The position numbers were made by a program, and so were the translations under genes. 64,000 bases of DNA. Source: Mobula hypostoma (Eukaryota). The DNA lies in assembly GCF_963921235.1 (NCBI RefSeq), contig NC_086109.1, positions 33,916,001 through 33,980,000 of the forward strand, read 5' to 3'. Below, in pieces: positions 1 to 12,000 of this stretch (its first letter is position 1; each line of letters begins with the position of its first letter). The notes under the pieces were generated by a model, which made no database searches, was not told the DNA's origin, and was given only the letters and a program-made list of their open reading frames with translations.

Positions 1-3000
1 CTGGAAGGTGATAGGGGAAGGGAGACGGGTGGGGGAGGAGGTGAACTGAGACGCTGGTAGGTGATAGGGGGAGGGAGACGGGTGGGGAGGAGGTGAAGTG
101 AGACGCTGGAATGTGATGGGGAAAGAGACGGTTGGGGGAGGAAGTGAAGTGAGGAGCTGGAAGGTGATAGGGGGAGGGAGACGGGTGGGGTAGGAGGTGA
201 AGTGAGACGCTGGAAGGTGATAGGGGGAGGGAGACGGGTGGGGGAGGAGGTGAAGTGAGACGCTGGAAGGTGATAGGGGGAGGGAGACGGGTGGGGGAGG
301 AGGTGAAGTGAGACGCTGGAAGGTGATAGGGAAGGGAGACGGGTGGGGGAGGAGGTGATGTGAGACGCTGGTAGGTGATAGGGGGAGGGAGACGGGTGGG
401 GAGGAGGTGAAGTGAGACGCTGGAATGTGATGGGGAAGGAGACGGCTGGGGGAGGAGGTGAAGTGAGACGCTGGAAGGTGATGGGGAGGGAGACGGCTGG
501 GGGAGGAGGTGAAGTGAGACGCTGGATGGTGATAGGGGGAGGGAGACGGGTGGGGTAGGAGGTGAGGTGAGACGCTAGAAGGTGATAGGGGGAGGGAGAC
601 GGGTGGGGGAGGAGGTGAAGTGAGACGCTGGAAGGTGATAGGGGAGGGAGACGGGTGGGGGAGGAGGTGAAGTGAGACGCTGGAAGGTGATGGGGAGGCA
701 GACGGGAGGGGAGGAGGTGAAGTGAGACGCTGGAAGGTGATTGGGGGAGGGAGACGGGCGGGGAGGAGGTGGAGTGAGACGTTGGAAGGTGTTTGGGAGG
801 GAGACAGGTCGGGGAGAAGGTGAAGTGAGATGCTGGAAGGTGATAGGGGAAGGGAGACAGGTGGGAGAGGAGGTGAAGTGAGACGCTGGAAGGTGATGGG
901 GAGGGAGACAGGTTGGAGAGGAGGTGAACTGAGAGGCTGGAAGGTGATAGGGGAAGGGAGACGGGTTGGGGAGGAGGTGAAGTGAGACGCTGGAAGGTGA
1001 TGGGGGTGGGAGACGGGTGGCGGAGGAAGTGAAGTGAAACGCTGGAAAGTGATAGGGGGAGGGAGACGGGTGGGGTAGGAGGTGAACTGAGACGCTGGAA
1101 GGTAATAGGGGGAGGGAGACGGGTGTGGGACGAAGTGAAGTGAGACGATGGAAGGTGATGGGGAGGGAGACGGGTGTGGGACGAGGTGAAGTGAGACGCT
1201 GGAAGGTGATAGGGGGAGGGAGACGGGTGGGGGAGGAGGTGAAGTGAGACGCTGGAAGGTGATAGGGGAAGGGAGACGGGTGTGGGAGGAGGTGCAGTGA
1301 GACGCTGGAAGATGATGGGGGAGGGAGACGAGTAGGGGAGGAGGTGAAGTGAGACGCTGGAAGGTGATGGGGGAGGGAGACGGGTGGGGGAGGAGGTGAA
1401 GTGAGACGCTGGAAGGTGATAGGGGGAGGGAGACGGGTGGGGGAGGAGGTGAAGTGAGACGCTGGAAGGTGATAGGGGGAGGGAGACGGGTGGGGGAGGA
1501 GGTGAAGTGAGACGCTGGAAGGTGATCGGGGAAGCGAGACGGGTGGGGGAGGAGGTGAAGTGAGACGCTGGAAGGTGATAGGGGAGGGAGACGGGTGGGG
1601 GAGGAGGTGAAGTGAGATGCTGCAAGGTGATAGGGGAAGGGAGACGGGTGGGGGAGGAGGTGAAGTGAGACGCTGGTAGGTGATAGGGGGAGGGAGACGG
1701 GTGGGGGAGGAGGTGAAGTGAGACGCTGGAATGTAATGGGGAGGGAGACGGTTGGGGGAGGAGGTGAAGTCAGACGCTGGAAGGTGATAGGGGGAGGGAC
1801 ACGGATGGGGAGGAGGTGAAGTGAGACGCTGGAATGTCATAGGGGAGGGAGACCGTGGGAGAGGAGGTGAACTGAGACGCTGGAAGGTGATAGGGGGAGG
1901 GAGACGGGTGGGGGAGGAGGTGAAGTGAGACGCTGGAAGGTGATAGAGTGAGGGAGACGGGTGGGGTAGGAGGTGAAGTGAGATGCTGCAAGGTGATAGG
2001 GGAAGGGAGACGGGTGGGGGAGGAGGTGAAGTGAGACGCTGGTAGGTGATAGGGGGAGGGAGACGGGTGGGGGAGGAGGTGAAGTGAGACGCTGGAAGGT
2101 GATAGAGCGAGGGAGACGGGTGGGGGAAGAGGTGAAGTGAGACACTGGAAGGTAATGGGGAGGGAGACAGGTTGGAGAGGAGGCGAACTGAGACGCTGGA
2201 AGGTGATAGGGGAAGGGAGATGGGTTGGGGAGGAGGTGAAGTGAGACGCTGGATGGTGATAGGGGGAGGGAGACGGGTCGGGGAGGATGTGAAGTGAGAC
2301 GCTGGAAGGTGATAGGGTGAGGGAGACGGGTGGGGGAGGAGGTGAAGTGAGACGCTGGAATGTGGTAGGGGGAGGGAGACGGGTGGGGGAGGAGGTGAAG
2401 TGAGACGCTGGAAGGTGATAGGGGAGGGAGACGGGTGGGGGAGGAGGTGAAGTGAGACGCTGGTAGGTGATAGGGGGAGGGAGACGGGTGGGGGAGGAGG
2501 TGAAGTGAGACGCTGGAAGGTGATAGTGGGAGGGAGACGGGTGGGCGGGGAGGTGAAGTGAGATGCTGGAAGTTGATAGCGGGAGGGAGACGGGTGGGGG
2601 AGGAAGTGAAGTGAGGCGTTGGAAGGTGATGGGGGGGTAGACGGGTGGGTGTGGAGTGGAAGTGAGACGCTGGAAGGTGATAGGGGGAGGTAGATGGGTG
2701 GGGGAGGAGGTGAATTGAGATGCTGGAAGGTGATGGGGGAGGGAGACGGGTGGGGAAGAAGGTGAAGTCAGACGCTGGAATGTGATAGGGAAAGGGAGAC
2801 AGGTCAAGGAAGGGGTGAAGTGAGACGCTGGAAGTTGATGTGGGAGGGAGGCGGGTGGGGGAGGCGTTGAAGTGAGACGCTGGAAGTTGATGAGGGAGGG
2901 AGGCGGGTGGGGGAGGCGTTGAAGTGAGACGCTGGAAGGTGATGGGGGAGGGAGACAGGTGTGGATGGAGGTGAAGTGAGACGCTGGTAGGTGATAGGCG

Positions 3001-6000
3001 GAGGGAGACGGGTGTAGGAGGAGGTGAAGTGAGACGCTGGAAGGTGATAGGGGGAGGGAGACGGGTGTGGGAGGAGGTGAAGTGAGACGCTGGAAGGTGA
3101 TAGGGGGAGGGAGACGGGTCGGGGAGGACGTGAAGTGAGACGCGGGAAGGTGATAGGTGAAGGGAGACGAGTGGTGGGGGACGTGAAGTGAGGCGCTGGA
3201 AGGTGATAGCGGGAGGTAGACGGGTGGGGGAGGAGGTGAAGTGAGACGCTGGAAGGTGATTGGGAGAGGGAGACGGGTGGGGGAGGAGGTGAATTGAGAC
3301 GCTGGAAGGTGATGGGGAGGGAGATGGGTGGGGAAGAAGGTGAAGTCAGACGCTGGAAGGTGATCGGGGAAGTGAGACAGGTCAAGGAAGGGGTGAAGTG
3401 AGACGCTGGAAGTTGATAGGGGGAGGGAGGCGGGTGGGGGAGGCGTTGAAGTGAGACGCTGGAAGGTGATAGGGGGAGGGAGACAGGGTGGGGGATGAGG
3501 TGAATTGAAACGCTGGAAGGTGATAGTGGGAGGGAGACGGGTGGGGGAGAAGGTGAAGTGAGACGCTGGAAGGTGATAGGGGGAGGGAGACGGGTGGGGG
3601 AGGAGGTGAAGTGAGACGCTGGAAGGTGATAGGAAAGGGAGACGGCTGGGGGAGGAGGTGAAGTGAGACGCTGGTAGGTGATAGGGGGAGGGAGACGGGT
3701 GGGGGAGGAGGTGAAGTGAGACGCTGGAAGGTGATAGAGGGAGGGAGATGGGTGGGGGAAGAGATGAAGTGAGACGCTGGAAGGTGATGGGGAGGGAGAC
3801 GGCTGGGGGAGGAGGTGAAGTGAGACGCTGGATGGTGATAGGGGGAGGGAGACGGGTGGGGGAGGAGGTGAGGTGAGACGCTAGAAGGTGATAGGGGGAG
3901 GGAGACGGGTGGGGGAGGAGGTGAAGTGAGACGCTGGAAGGTGATAGGGGGAGGGAGACGGATGGGGGAGGAGGTGAAGTGAAACGCTGGAAGGTGATGG
4001 GGAGGCAGACGGGAGGGGAGGAGGTGAAGTGAGACGCTGGAAGGTGATTGGGGGAGGGAGACGGGCGGGGAGGAGGTGGAGTGAGACGTTGGAAGGTGTT
4101 TGGGAGGGAGACAGGTCGGGGAGAAGGTGAAGTGAGATGCTGGAAGGTGATAGGGGAAGGGAGACAGGTGGGAGAGGAGGTGAAGTGAGACGCTGCAAGG
4201 TGATGGGGAGGGAGACAGGTTGGAGAGGATGTGAACTGAGAGGCTGGAAGGTGATAGGGGAAGGGAGACGGGTTGGGGAGGAGGTGAAGTGAGACGCTGG
4301 AAGGTGATGGGGGTGGGAGACGGGTGGCGGAGGAAGTGAAGTGAAACGCTGGAAGGTGATAGGGGGAGGGAGACGGGTGGGGTAGGAGGTGAACTGAGAC
4401 GCTGGAAGGTAATAGGGGGAGGGAGACGGGTGTGGGACGAAGTGAAGTGAGACGATGGAAGGTGATGGGGAGGGAGACGGGTGTGGGAGGAGGTGAAGTG
4501 AGACGCTGGAAGGTGATAGGGGGAGGGAGACGGGTGGGGGAGGAGGTGAAGTGAGACGCTGGAAGGTGATAGGGGAAGGGAGACGGGTGGGGGAGGAGGT
4601 GAAGTGAGACGCGGGAAGTTGATAGGGGAAGGGAGACGGGTGGGGGAGGAGGTGAAGTGAGACGCTGGAAGGTGATAGGGGGAGGGAGACGGGTGGGGGA
4701 GGAGGTGAAGTGAGACGCTGGAAGGTGATAGGGGGAGGGAGACGGGTGGGGGAGGAGGTGAAGTGAGACGCTGGAAGGTGATCGGGGAAGCGGACTTGTG
4801 GGGGAGGAGGTGATGTGAGACGCTGGAAGGTGATGGGGGAGGGAGACGGGTGGGGGAGGAGGTGAAGTGAGATGCTGCAAGGTGATAGGGGAAGGGAGAC
4901 GGGTGGGGGAGGAGGTGAACTGAGACGCTGGTAGGTGATAGGGGGAGGGAGACGGGTGGGGAGGAGGTGAAGTGAGACGCTGGAATGTGATGGGGAAAGA
5001 GACGGTTGGGGGAGGAGGTGAAGTCAGACGCTGGAAGGTGATAGGGGGAGGGAGACGGGTGGGGGAGGAGGTGAGGTGAGACGCTGGAAGGTGATAGGGG
5101 GAGGGAGACGGGTGGGGGAGGAGGTGAAGTGAGACGCTGGAAGGTGATAGGGGGAGGGAGACGGGTGGGGGAGGAGGTGAAGTGAGACGCTGGAAGGTGA
5201 TAGGGGAAGGGAGACGGGTGGGGGAGGAGGTGATGTGAGACGATGGTAGGAGATAGGGGGAGGGAGACGGGTGGGGAGGAGGTGAAGTGAGACGCTGGAA
5301 GGTGATGGGGAGGGAGACGGTTGGGGGAGGAGGTGAAGTGAGACGCTGGAAGGTGATAGGGGGAGGGGGACGGGTGGGGTAGGAGGTGAAGTGAGACGCT
5401 GGAAGGTGATAGGGGGAGGGAGACGGGTGGGGGAGGAGGTGAAGTCAGACGCTGGAAGGTGATAGGGGGAGGGACACGGATGGGGAGGAGGTGAAGTGAG
5501 ACGCTGGAATGTCATAGGGGAGGGAGACCGTGGGAGAGGAGGTGAACTGAGACGCTGGAAGGTGATAGGGGGAGGGCGACGGGTGGGGGAGGAGGTGAAG
5601 TGAGACGCTGGAAGGTGATAGAGTGAGGGAGACGGGTGGGGGAGGAGGTGAAGTGAGATGCTGGAAGTTGATAGGGGAAGGGAGACGGGTGGGGGAGGAG
5701 GTGAACTGAGACGCTGGTAGGTGATAGGGGGAGGGAGACGGGTGGGGGAGGAGGTGAAGTGAGACGCTGGAAGGTGATAGAGCGAGGGAGACGGGTGGGG
5801 GAAGAGGTGAAGTGAGACACTGGAAGGTAATGGGGAGGGAGACAGGTTGGAGAGGAGGCGAACTGAGACGCTGGAAGGTGATAGGGGAAGGGAGATGGGT
5901 TGGGGAGGAGGTGAAGTGAGACGCTGGATGGTGATAGGGGGAGGGAGACGGGTCGGGGAGGATGTGAAGTGAGACGCTGGAAGGTGATAGGGTGAGGGAG

Positions 6001-9000
6001 ACGGGTGGGGGAGGAGGTGAAGTGAGACGCTGGAATGTGATAGGGGAAGGGAGACGGGTGGGGGAGGAGGTGAAGTGAGACGCTGGAAGGTGATAGGGGA
6101 GGGAGACGGGTGGGGGAGGAGGTGATGTGAGACGATGGTAGGAGATAGGGGGAGGGAGACAGGTGGGGGAGAAGATGAAGTGAGACGCTGGAAGGTGATA
6201 GTGGGAGGGAGACGGGTGGGGGAGGAGGTGAAGTGAGATGCTGGAAGGTGATAGGGGGAGGGAGACGGGTGGGGGAGGAAGTGAAGTCAGGCGTTGGAAG
6301 GTGATGGGGGGGTAGACGGGTGGGTGTGGAGTGGAAGTGAGACGCTGGAAGGTGATAGGGGGAGGTAGACGGGTGGGGGAGGAGTTGAATTGAGACGCTG
6401 GAAGGTGATGGGGGAGGGAGATGGGTGGGGAGGAAGGTGAAGTCAGACGCTGGAAGGTGATAGGGGAAGGGAGACAGGTCAAGGAAGGGGTGAAGTGAGA
6501 CACTGGAAGTTGATAGTGGGAGGGAGGCGGGTGGGGGAGGCGTTGAAGTGAGACGCTGGAAGGTGATAGGGGGAGGGAGACGGGTGGGGGAGGAGGTGAA
6601 GTGAGACGCTGGAAGGTGATGGGGGAGGGAGACAGGTGTGGATGGAGGTGAAGTGAGACGCTGGAAGGTGATAGGGGGAGGGAGACGGGTGTAGGAGGAG
6701 GTGAAGTGAGACGCTGGAAGGTGATAGGGGGAGGGAGACGGGTGGGGGAGGAGGTGAAGTGAGACGCTGGAAGGTGATAGGGGGAGGGAGACGGGTGGGG
6801 GAGGACGTGAAGTGAGACGCGGGAAGGTGATAGGGGAAGGGAGACGGGTGGGGGAGGACGTGAAGTGAGACGCTGGAAGGTGATGGGGGAGGTAGACGGG
6901 TGGGGGTGGAGGGGAAGTGAGACGCTGGAAGGTGATTGGGAGAGGGAGACGGGTGGGGGAGGAGTTGAATTGAGACGCTGGAAGGTGATGGGGGAGGGAG
7001 ACGGGTGGGGAAGAAGGTGAAGTCAGACGCTGGAAGGTGATAGGGGAAGGGAGACAGGTCAAGGAAGGGGTGAAGTGAGACGCTGGAAGTTGATAGTGGG
7101 AGGGAGGCGGGTGGGGGAGGCGTTGAAGTGAGACGCTGGAAGGTGATAGGGGGAGGGAGACAGGGTGGGGGATGAGGTGAATTGAAACGCTGGAAGGTGA
7201 TAGTGGGAGGGAGACGGGTGGGGGAGAAGGTGAAGTGAGACGCTGGAAGGTGATAGGGGGAGGGAGACGGGTGGGGGAGGAGGTGAAGTGAGACGCTGGA
7301 AGGTGATAGGAAAGGGAGACGGCTGGGGGAGGAGGTGAAGTGAGACGCTGGTAGGTGATAGGGGGAGGGAGACGGGTGGGGGAGGAGGTGAAGTGAGACG
7401 CTGGAAGGTGATAGAGGGAGGGAGATGGGTGGGGGAAGAGATGAAGTGAGACGCTGGAAGGTGATGGGGAGGGAGACGGGGGGGGAGGAGGTGAAGTGAG
7501 ACGCTGGAGGGAGATAGGGGGAGGGAGACGGGTGGGGTAGGAGGTGAAGTGAGACGCTGGAAGGTGATAGGGGGAGGGAGACGGGTGGGGGAGGAGGTGA
7601 AGTGAGACGCTGGAAGGTGATAGGGGGAGGGAGACGGGTGGGGGAGGAGGTGAAGTGAAACGCTGGAAGGTGATGGGGAGGCAGACGGGAGGGGAGGAGG
7701 TGAAGTGAGACGCTGGAAGGTGATTGGGGGAGGGAGACGGGCGGGGAGGAGGTGGAGTGAGACGTTGGAAGGTGTTTGGGAGGGAGACAGGTCGGGGAGA
7801 AGGTGAAGTGAGATGCTGGAAGGTGATAGGGGAAGGGAGACAGGTGGGAGAGGAGGTGAAGTGAGACGCTGGAAGGTGATGGGGAGGGAGACAGGTTGGA
7901 GAGGATGTGAACTGAGAGGCTGGAAGGTGATAGGGGAAGGGAGACGGGTTGGGGAGGAGGTGAAGTGAGACGCTGGAAGGTGATGGGGGTGGGAGACGGG
8001 TGGCGGAGGAAGTGAAGTGAAACGCTGGAAGGTGATAGGGGGAGGGAGACGGGTGGGGGAGGAGGTGAAGTGAGACGCTGGAAGGTGATAGGGGGAGGGA
8101 GACGGGTGTGGGACGAAGTGAAGTGAGACGATGGAAGGTGATGGGGAGGGAGACGGGTGGGGGAGGAGGTGAAGTGAGACGCTGGAAGGTGATAGGGGGA
8201 GGGAGACGGGTGGGGGAGGAGGTGAAGTGAGACGCTGGAAGGTGATAGGGGAAGGGAGACGGGTAGGGGAGGAGGTGCAGTGAGACGCTGGAAGATGATG
8301 GGGGAGGGAGACGGGTAGGGGAGGAGGTGAAGTGAGACGCTGGAAGGTGATGGGGGAGGGAGACGGGTGGGGGAGGAGGTGAAGTGAGACGCTGGAAGGT
8401 GATAGGGGGAGGGAGACGGGTGGGGGAGGAGGTGAAGTGAGACGCTGGAAGGTGATAGGGGACAGGAGACTGGTGGGGGAGGAGGTGAAGTGAGACGCTG
8501 GAAGGTGATAGGGGAGGGAGACGGGTGGGGGAGGAGGTGAAGTGAGATGCTGCAAGGTGATAGGGGAAGGGAGACGGGTGGGGGAGGAGGTGAACTGAGA
8601 CGCTGGTAGGTGATAGGGGGAGGGAGACGGGTGGGGAGGAGGTGAAGTGAGACGCTGGAATGTGATGGGGAAAGAGACGGTTGGGGGAGGAGGTGAAGTC
8701 AGACGCTGGAAGGTGATAGGGGGAGGGGGACGGGTGGGGTAGGAGATGAGGTGAGACGCTAGAAGGTGATAGGGGGAGGGAGACGGGTGGGGGAGGAGGT
8801 GAAGTGAGACGCTGGAAGGTGATTGGGGGAGGGAGACGGGTGGGGGAGGACGTGAAGTGAGACGCGGGAAGGTGATAGGGGAAGGGAGACGGGTGGGGGA
8901 GGAGGTGAAGTGAGACGCTGGAAGGTGATAGGGGGAGGGAGACGGGTGGGGAGGAGGTGAAGTGAGACGCTGTAATGTGATGGGGAGGGAGACGGTTGGG

Positions 9001-12000
9001 GGAGGAGGTGAAGTCAGACGCTGGAAGGTGATAGGGGGAGGGGGACGGGTGGGGTAGGAGGTGAGGTGAGACGCTAGAAGGTGATAGGGGGAGGGAGACG
9101 GGTGGGGGAGGAGGTGAAGTGAGACGCTGGAACGTGATAGGGGGAGGGAGACGGATGGGGAGGAGGTGAAGTGAGACGCTGGAATGTCATAGGGGAGGGA
9201 GACCGTGGGAGAGGAGGTGAACTGAGACGCTGGAAGGTGATAGGGGGAGGGAGACGGGTGGGGGAGGAGGTGAAGTGAGACGCTGGAAGGTGATAGAGTG
9301 AGGGAGACGGGTGGGGGAGGAGGTGAAGTGAGATGCTGGAAGGTGATAGGGGAAGGGAGACGGGTGGGGGAGGAGGTGAAGTGAGACGCTGGAAGGTGAT
9401 GGGGGAGGGAGACGGGTGGGGGAGGAGGTGAAGTGAGACGCTGGAAGGTGATAGGGGGAGGGAGACGGGTGGGGGAAGAGGTGAAGTGAGACACTGGAAG
9501 GTAATGGGGAGGGAGACAGGTGGGGGAGGTGGTGAAGTGAGACGCTGGAAGGTGATAGGGGAAGGGAGATGGGTTGGGGAGGAGGTGAAGTGAGACGCTG
9601 GATGGTGATAGGGGGAGGGAGACGGGTGGGGGAGGAGGTGAAGTGAGACGCTGGAAGGTGATAGGGTGAGGGAGACGGGTGGGGGAGGAGGTGAAGTGAG
9701 ACGCTGGAAGGTGGTAGGGGGAGGGAGACGGGTGGGGGAGGAGGTGAAGTGAGACGCTGGAAGGTGATAGGGGAGGGAGACGGGTTGGGGAGGAGGTGAA
9801 GTGAGACGCTGGAAGGTGATAGGGGGAGGGAGACGGGTGGGGGAGGAGGTGAAGTGAGACGCTGGAAGGTGATAGGGGGAGGGAGACGGGTGGGGGAAGA
9901 GGTGAAGTGAGACGCTGGAAGGTGATAGGAGAAGGGAGACGGGTGGTGGAGGAGGTGAAGTGAGACGCTGGAAGGTGATAGGGGGAGGGAGACGGGTGGG
10001 GGAGAAGGTGAAGTGGGACACTGGAAGGTGATAGTAGGAGGGAGACGGGTGGGGGAGGAGGTGAAGTGAGATGCTGGAAGTTGATAGGGGGAGGGAGACG
10101 GTTGGGGGAGGAAGTGAAGTGAGGAGCTGGAAGGTGATAGGGGGAGGTAGACGAGTGGGGGTGGAGTGGAAGTGAGACGCTGGAAGGTGATGGGGGAGGT
10201 TGATGGGTGGGGGTGGAGGGGAAGTGAGACGCTGGAAGGTGATTGGGGGAGGGAGACGGGTGGGGAGGAAGGTGAAGTCAGACGCTGGAATGTGATAGGG
10301 GAAGGGAGACAGGTCAAGGAAGGGGTGAAGTGAGACGCTGGAAGTTGATGTGGGAGGGAGGCGGGTGGGGGAGGCGTTGAAGTGAGACGCTGGAAGTTGA
10401 TGAGGGAGGGAGGCGGGTGGGGGAGGCGTTGAAGTGAGACGCTGGAAGGTGATGGGGGAGGGAGACGGGTGTAGGAGGAGGTGATGTGAGACGATGGTAG
10501 GTGATCGGGGGAGGGAGACGGGTGTAGGAGGAGGTGAAGTGAGACGCTGGAAGGTGATAGTAGGAGGGAGACGGGTGGGGGAGGAGGTGAAGTGAGACGC
10601 TGGAAGGTGATAGGGGGAGGGAGACGGGTCGGGGAGGACGTGAAGTGAGACGCGGGAAGGTGATAGGTGAAGGGAGACGAGTGGTGGGGGACGTGAAGTG
10701 AGGCGCTGGAAGGTGATAGCGGGAGGTAGACGGGTGGGGGTGGAGGGGAAGTGAGACGCTGGAAGGTGATTGGGAGAGGGAGACGGGTGGGGGAGGAGTT
10801 GAATTGAGACGCTGGAAGGTGATGGGGGAGGGAGATGGGTGGGGAGGAAGGTGAAGTCAGACGCTGGAAGGTGATAGGGGAAGGGAGACAGGTCAAGGAA
10901 GGGGTGAAGTGAGACGCTGGAAGTTGATAGTGGGAGGGAGGCGGGTGGGGGAGGCGTTGAAGTGAGACGCTGGAAGGTGATAGGGGGAGGGAGACGGGTG
11001 GGGGAGGAGGTGAAGTGAGACGCTGGAAGGTGATAGTGGGAGGGAGACGGGTGGGGGAGGAGGTGAAGTGAGACGCTGGAAGGTGATGGGGGAAGGGAGA
11101 CGGGTGGGGGAGGAGGTGAAGTGAGACGCTGGAAGGTGATAGGAAAGGGAGACGGGTGGGGGAGGAGGTGAAGTGAGACGCTGGAAGGTGATAGGGGGAG
11201 GGAGACGGGTGGGGGAGGAGGTGAAGTGAGACGCTGGAAGGTGATAGAGGGAGGGAGATGGGTGGGGGAAGAGATGAAGTGAGACGCTGGAAGGTGATGG
11301 GGAGGGAGACGGCTGGGGGAGGAGGTGAAGTGAGACGCTGGATGGTGATAGGGGGAGGGAGACGGGTGGGGTAGGAGGTGAGGTGAGACGCTAGAAGGTG
11401 ATAGGGGGAGGGAGACGGGTGGGGAGGAGGTGAAGTGAGACGCTGGAAGGTGATAGGGGGAGGGAGACGGATGGGGAGGAGGTGAAGTGAGACGCTGGAA
11501 TGTCATAGGGGAGGGAGACCGTGGGAGAGGAGGTGAACTGAGACGCTGGAAGGTGATAGGGGAGGGAGACGGGTCGGGGAGGAGGTGAAGTGAAACGCTG
11601 GAAGGTGATGGGGAGGCAGACGGGAGGGGAGGAGGTGAAGTGAGACGCTGGAAGGTGATTGGGGGAGGGAGACGGGCGGGGAGGAGGTGGAGTGAGACGT
11701 TGGAAGGTGATAGGGGGAGGGAGACAGGTGGGGGAGAAGATGAAGTGAGACGCTGGAAGGTGATAGGGGAAGGGAGACGGGTGGGAGAGGAGGTGAAGTG
11801 AGACGCTGGAAGGTGATGGGGAGGGAGACAGGTTGGAGAGGAGGTGAACTGAGAGGCTGGAAGGTGATAGGGGAAGGGAGACGGGTTGGGGAGGAGGTGA
11901 AGTGAGACGCTGGAAGGTGATGGGGGTGGGAGACGGGTGGCGGAGGAAGTGAAGTGAAACGCTGGAAAGTGATAGGGGGAGGGAGACGGGTGGGGGAGGA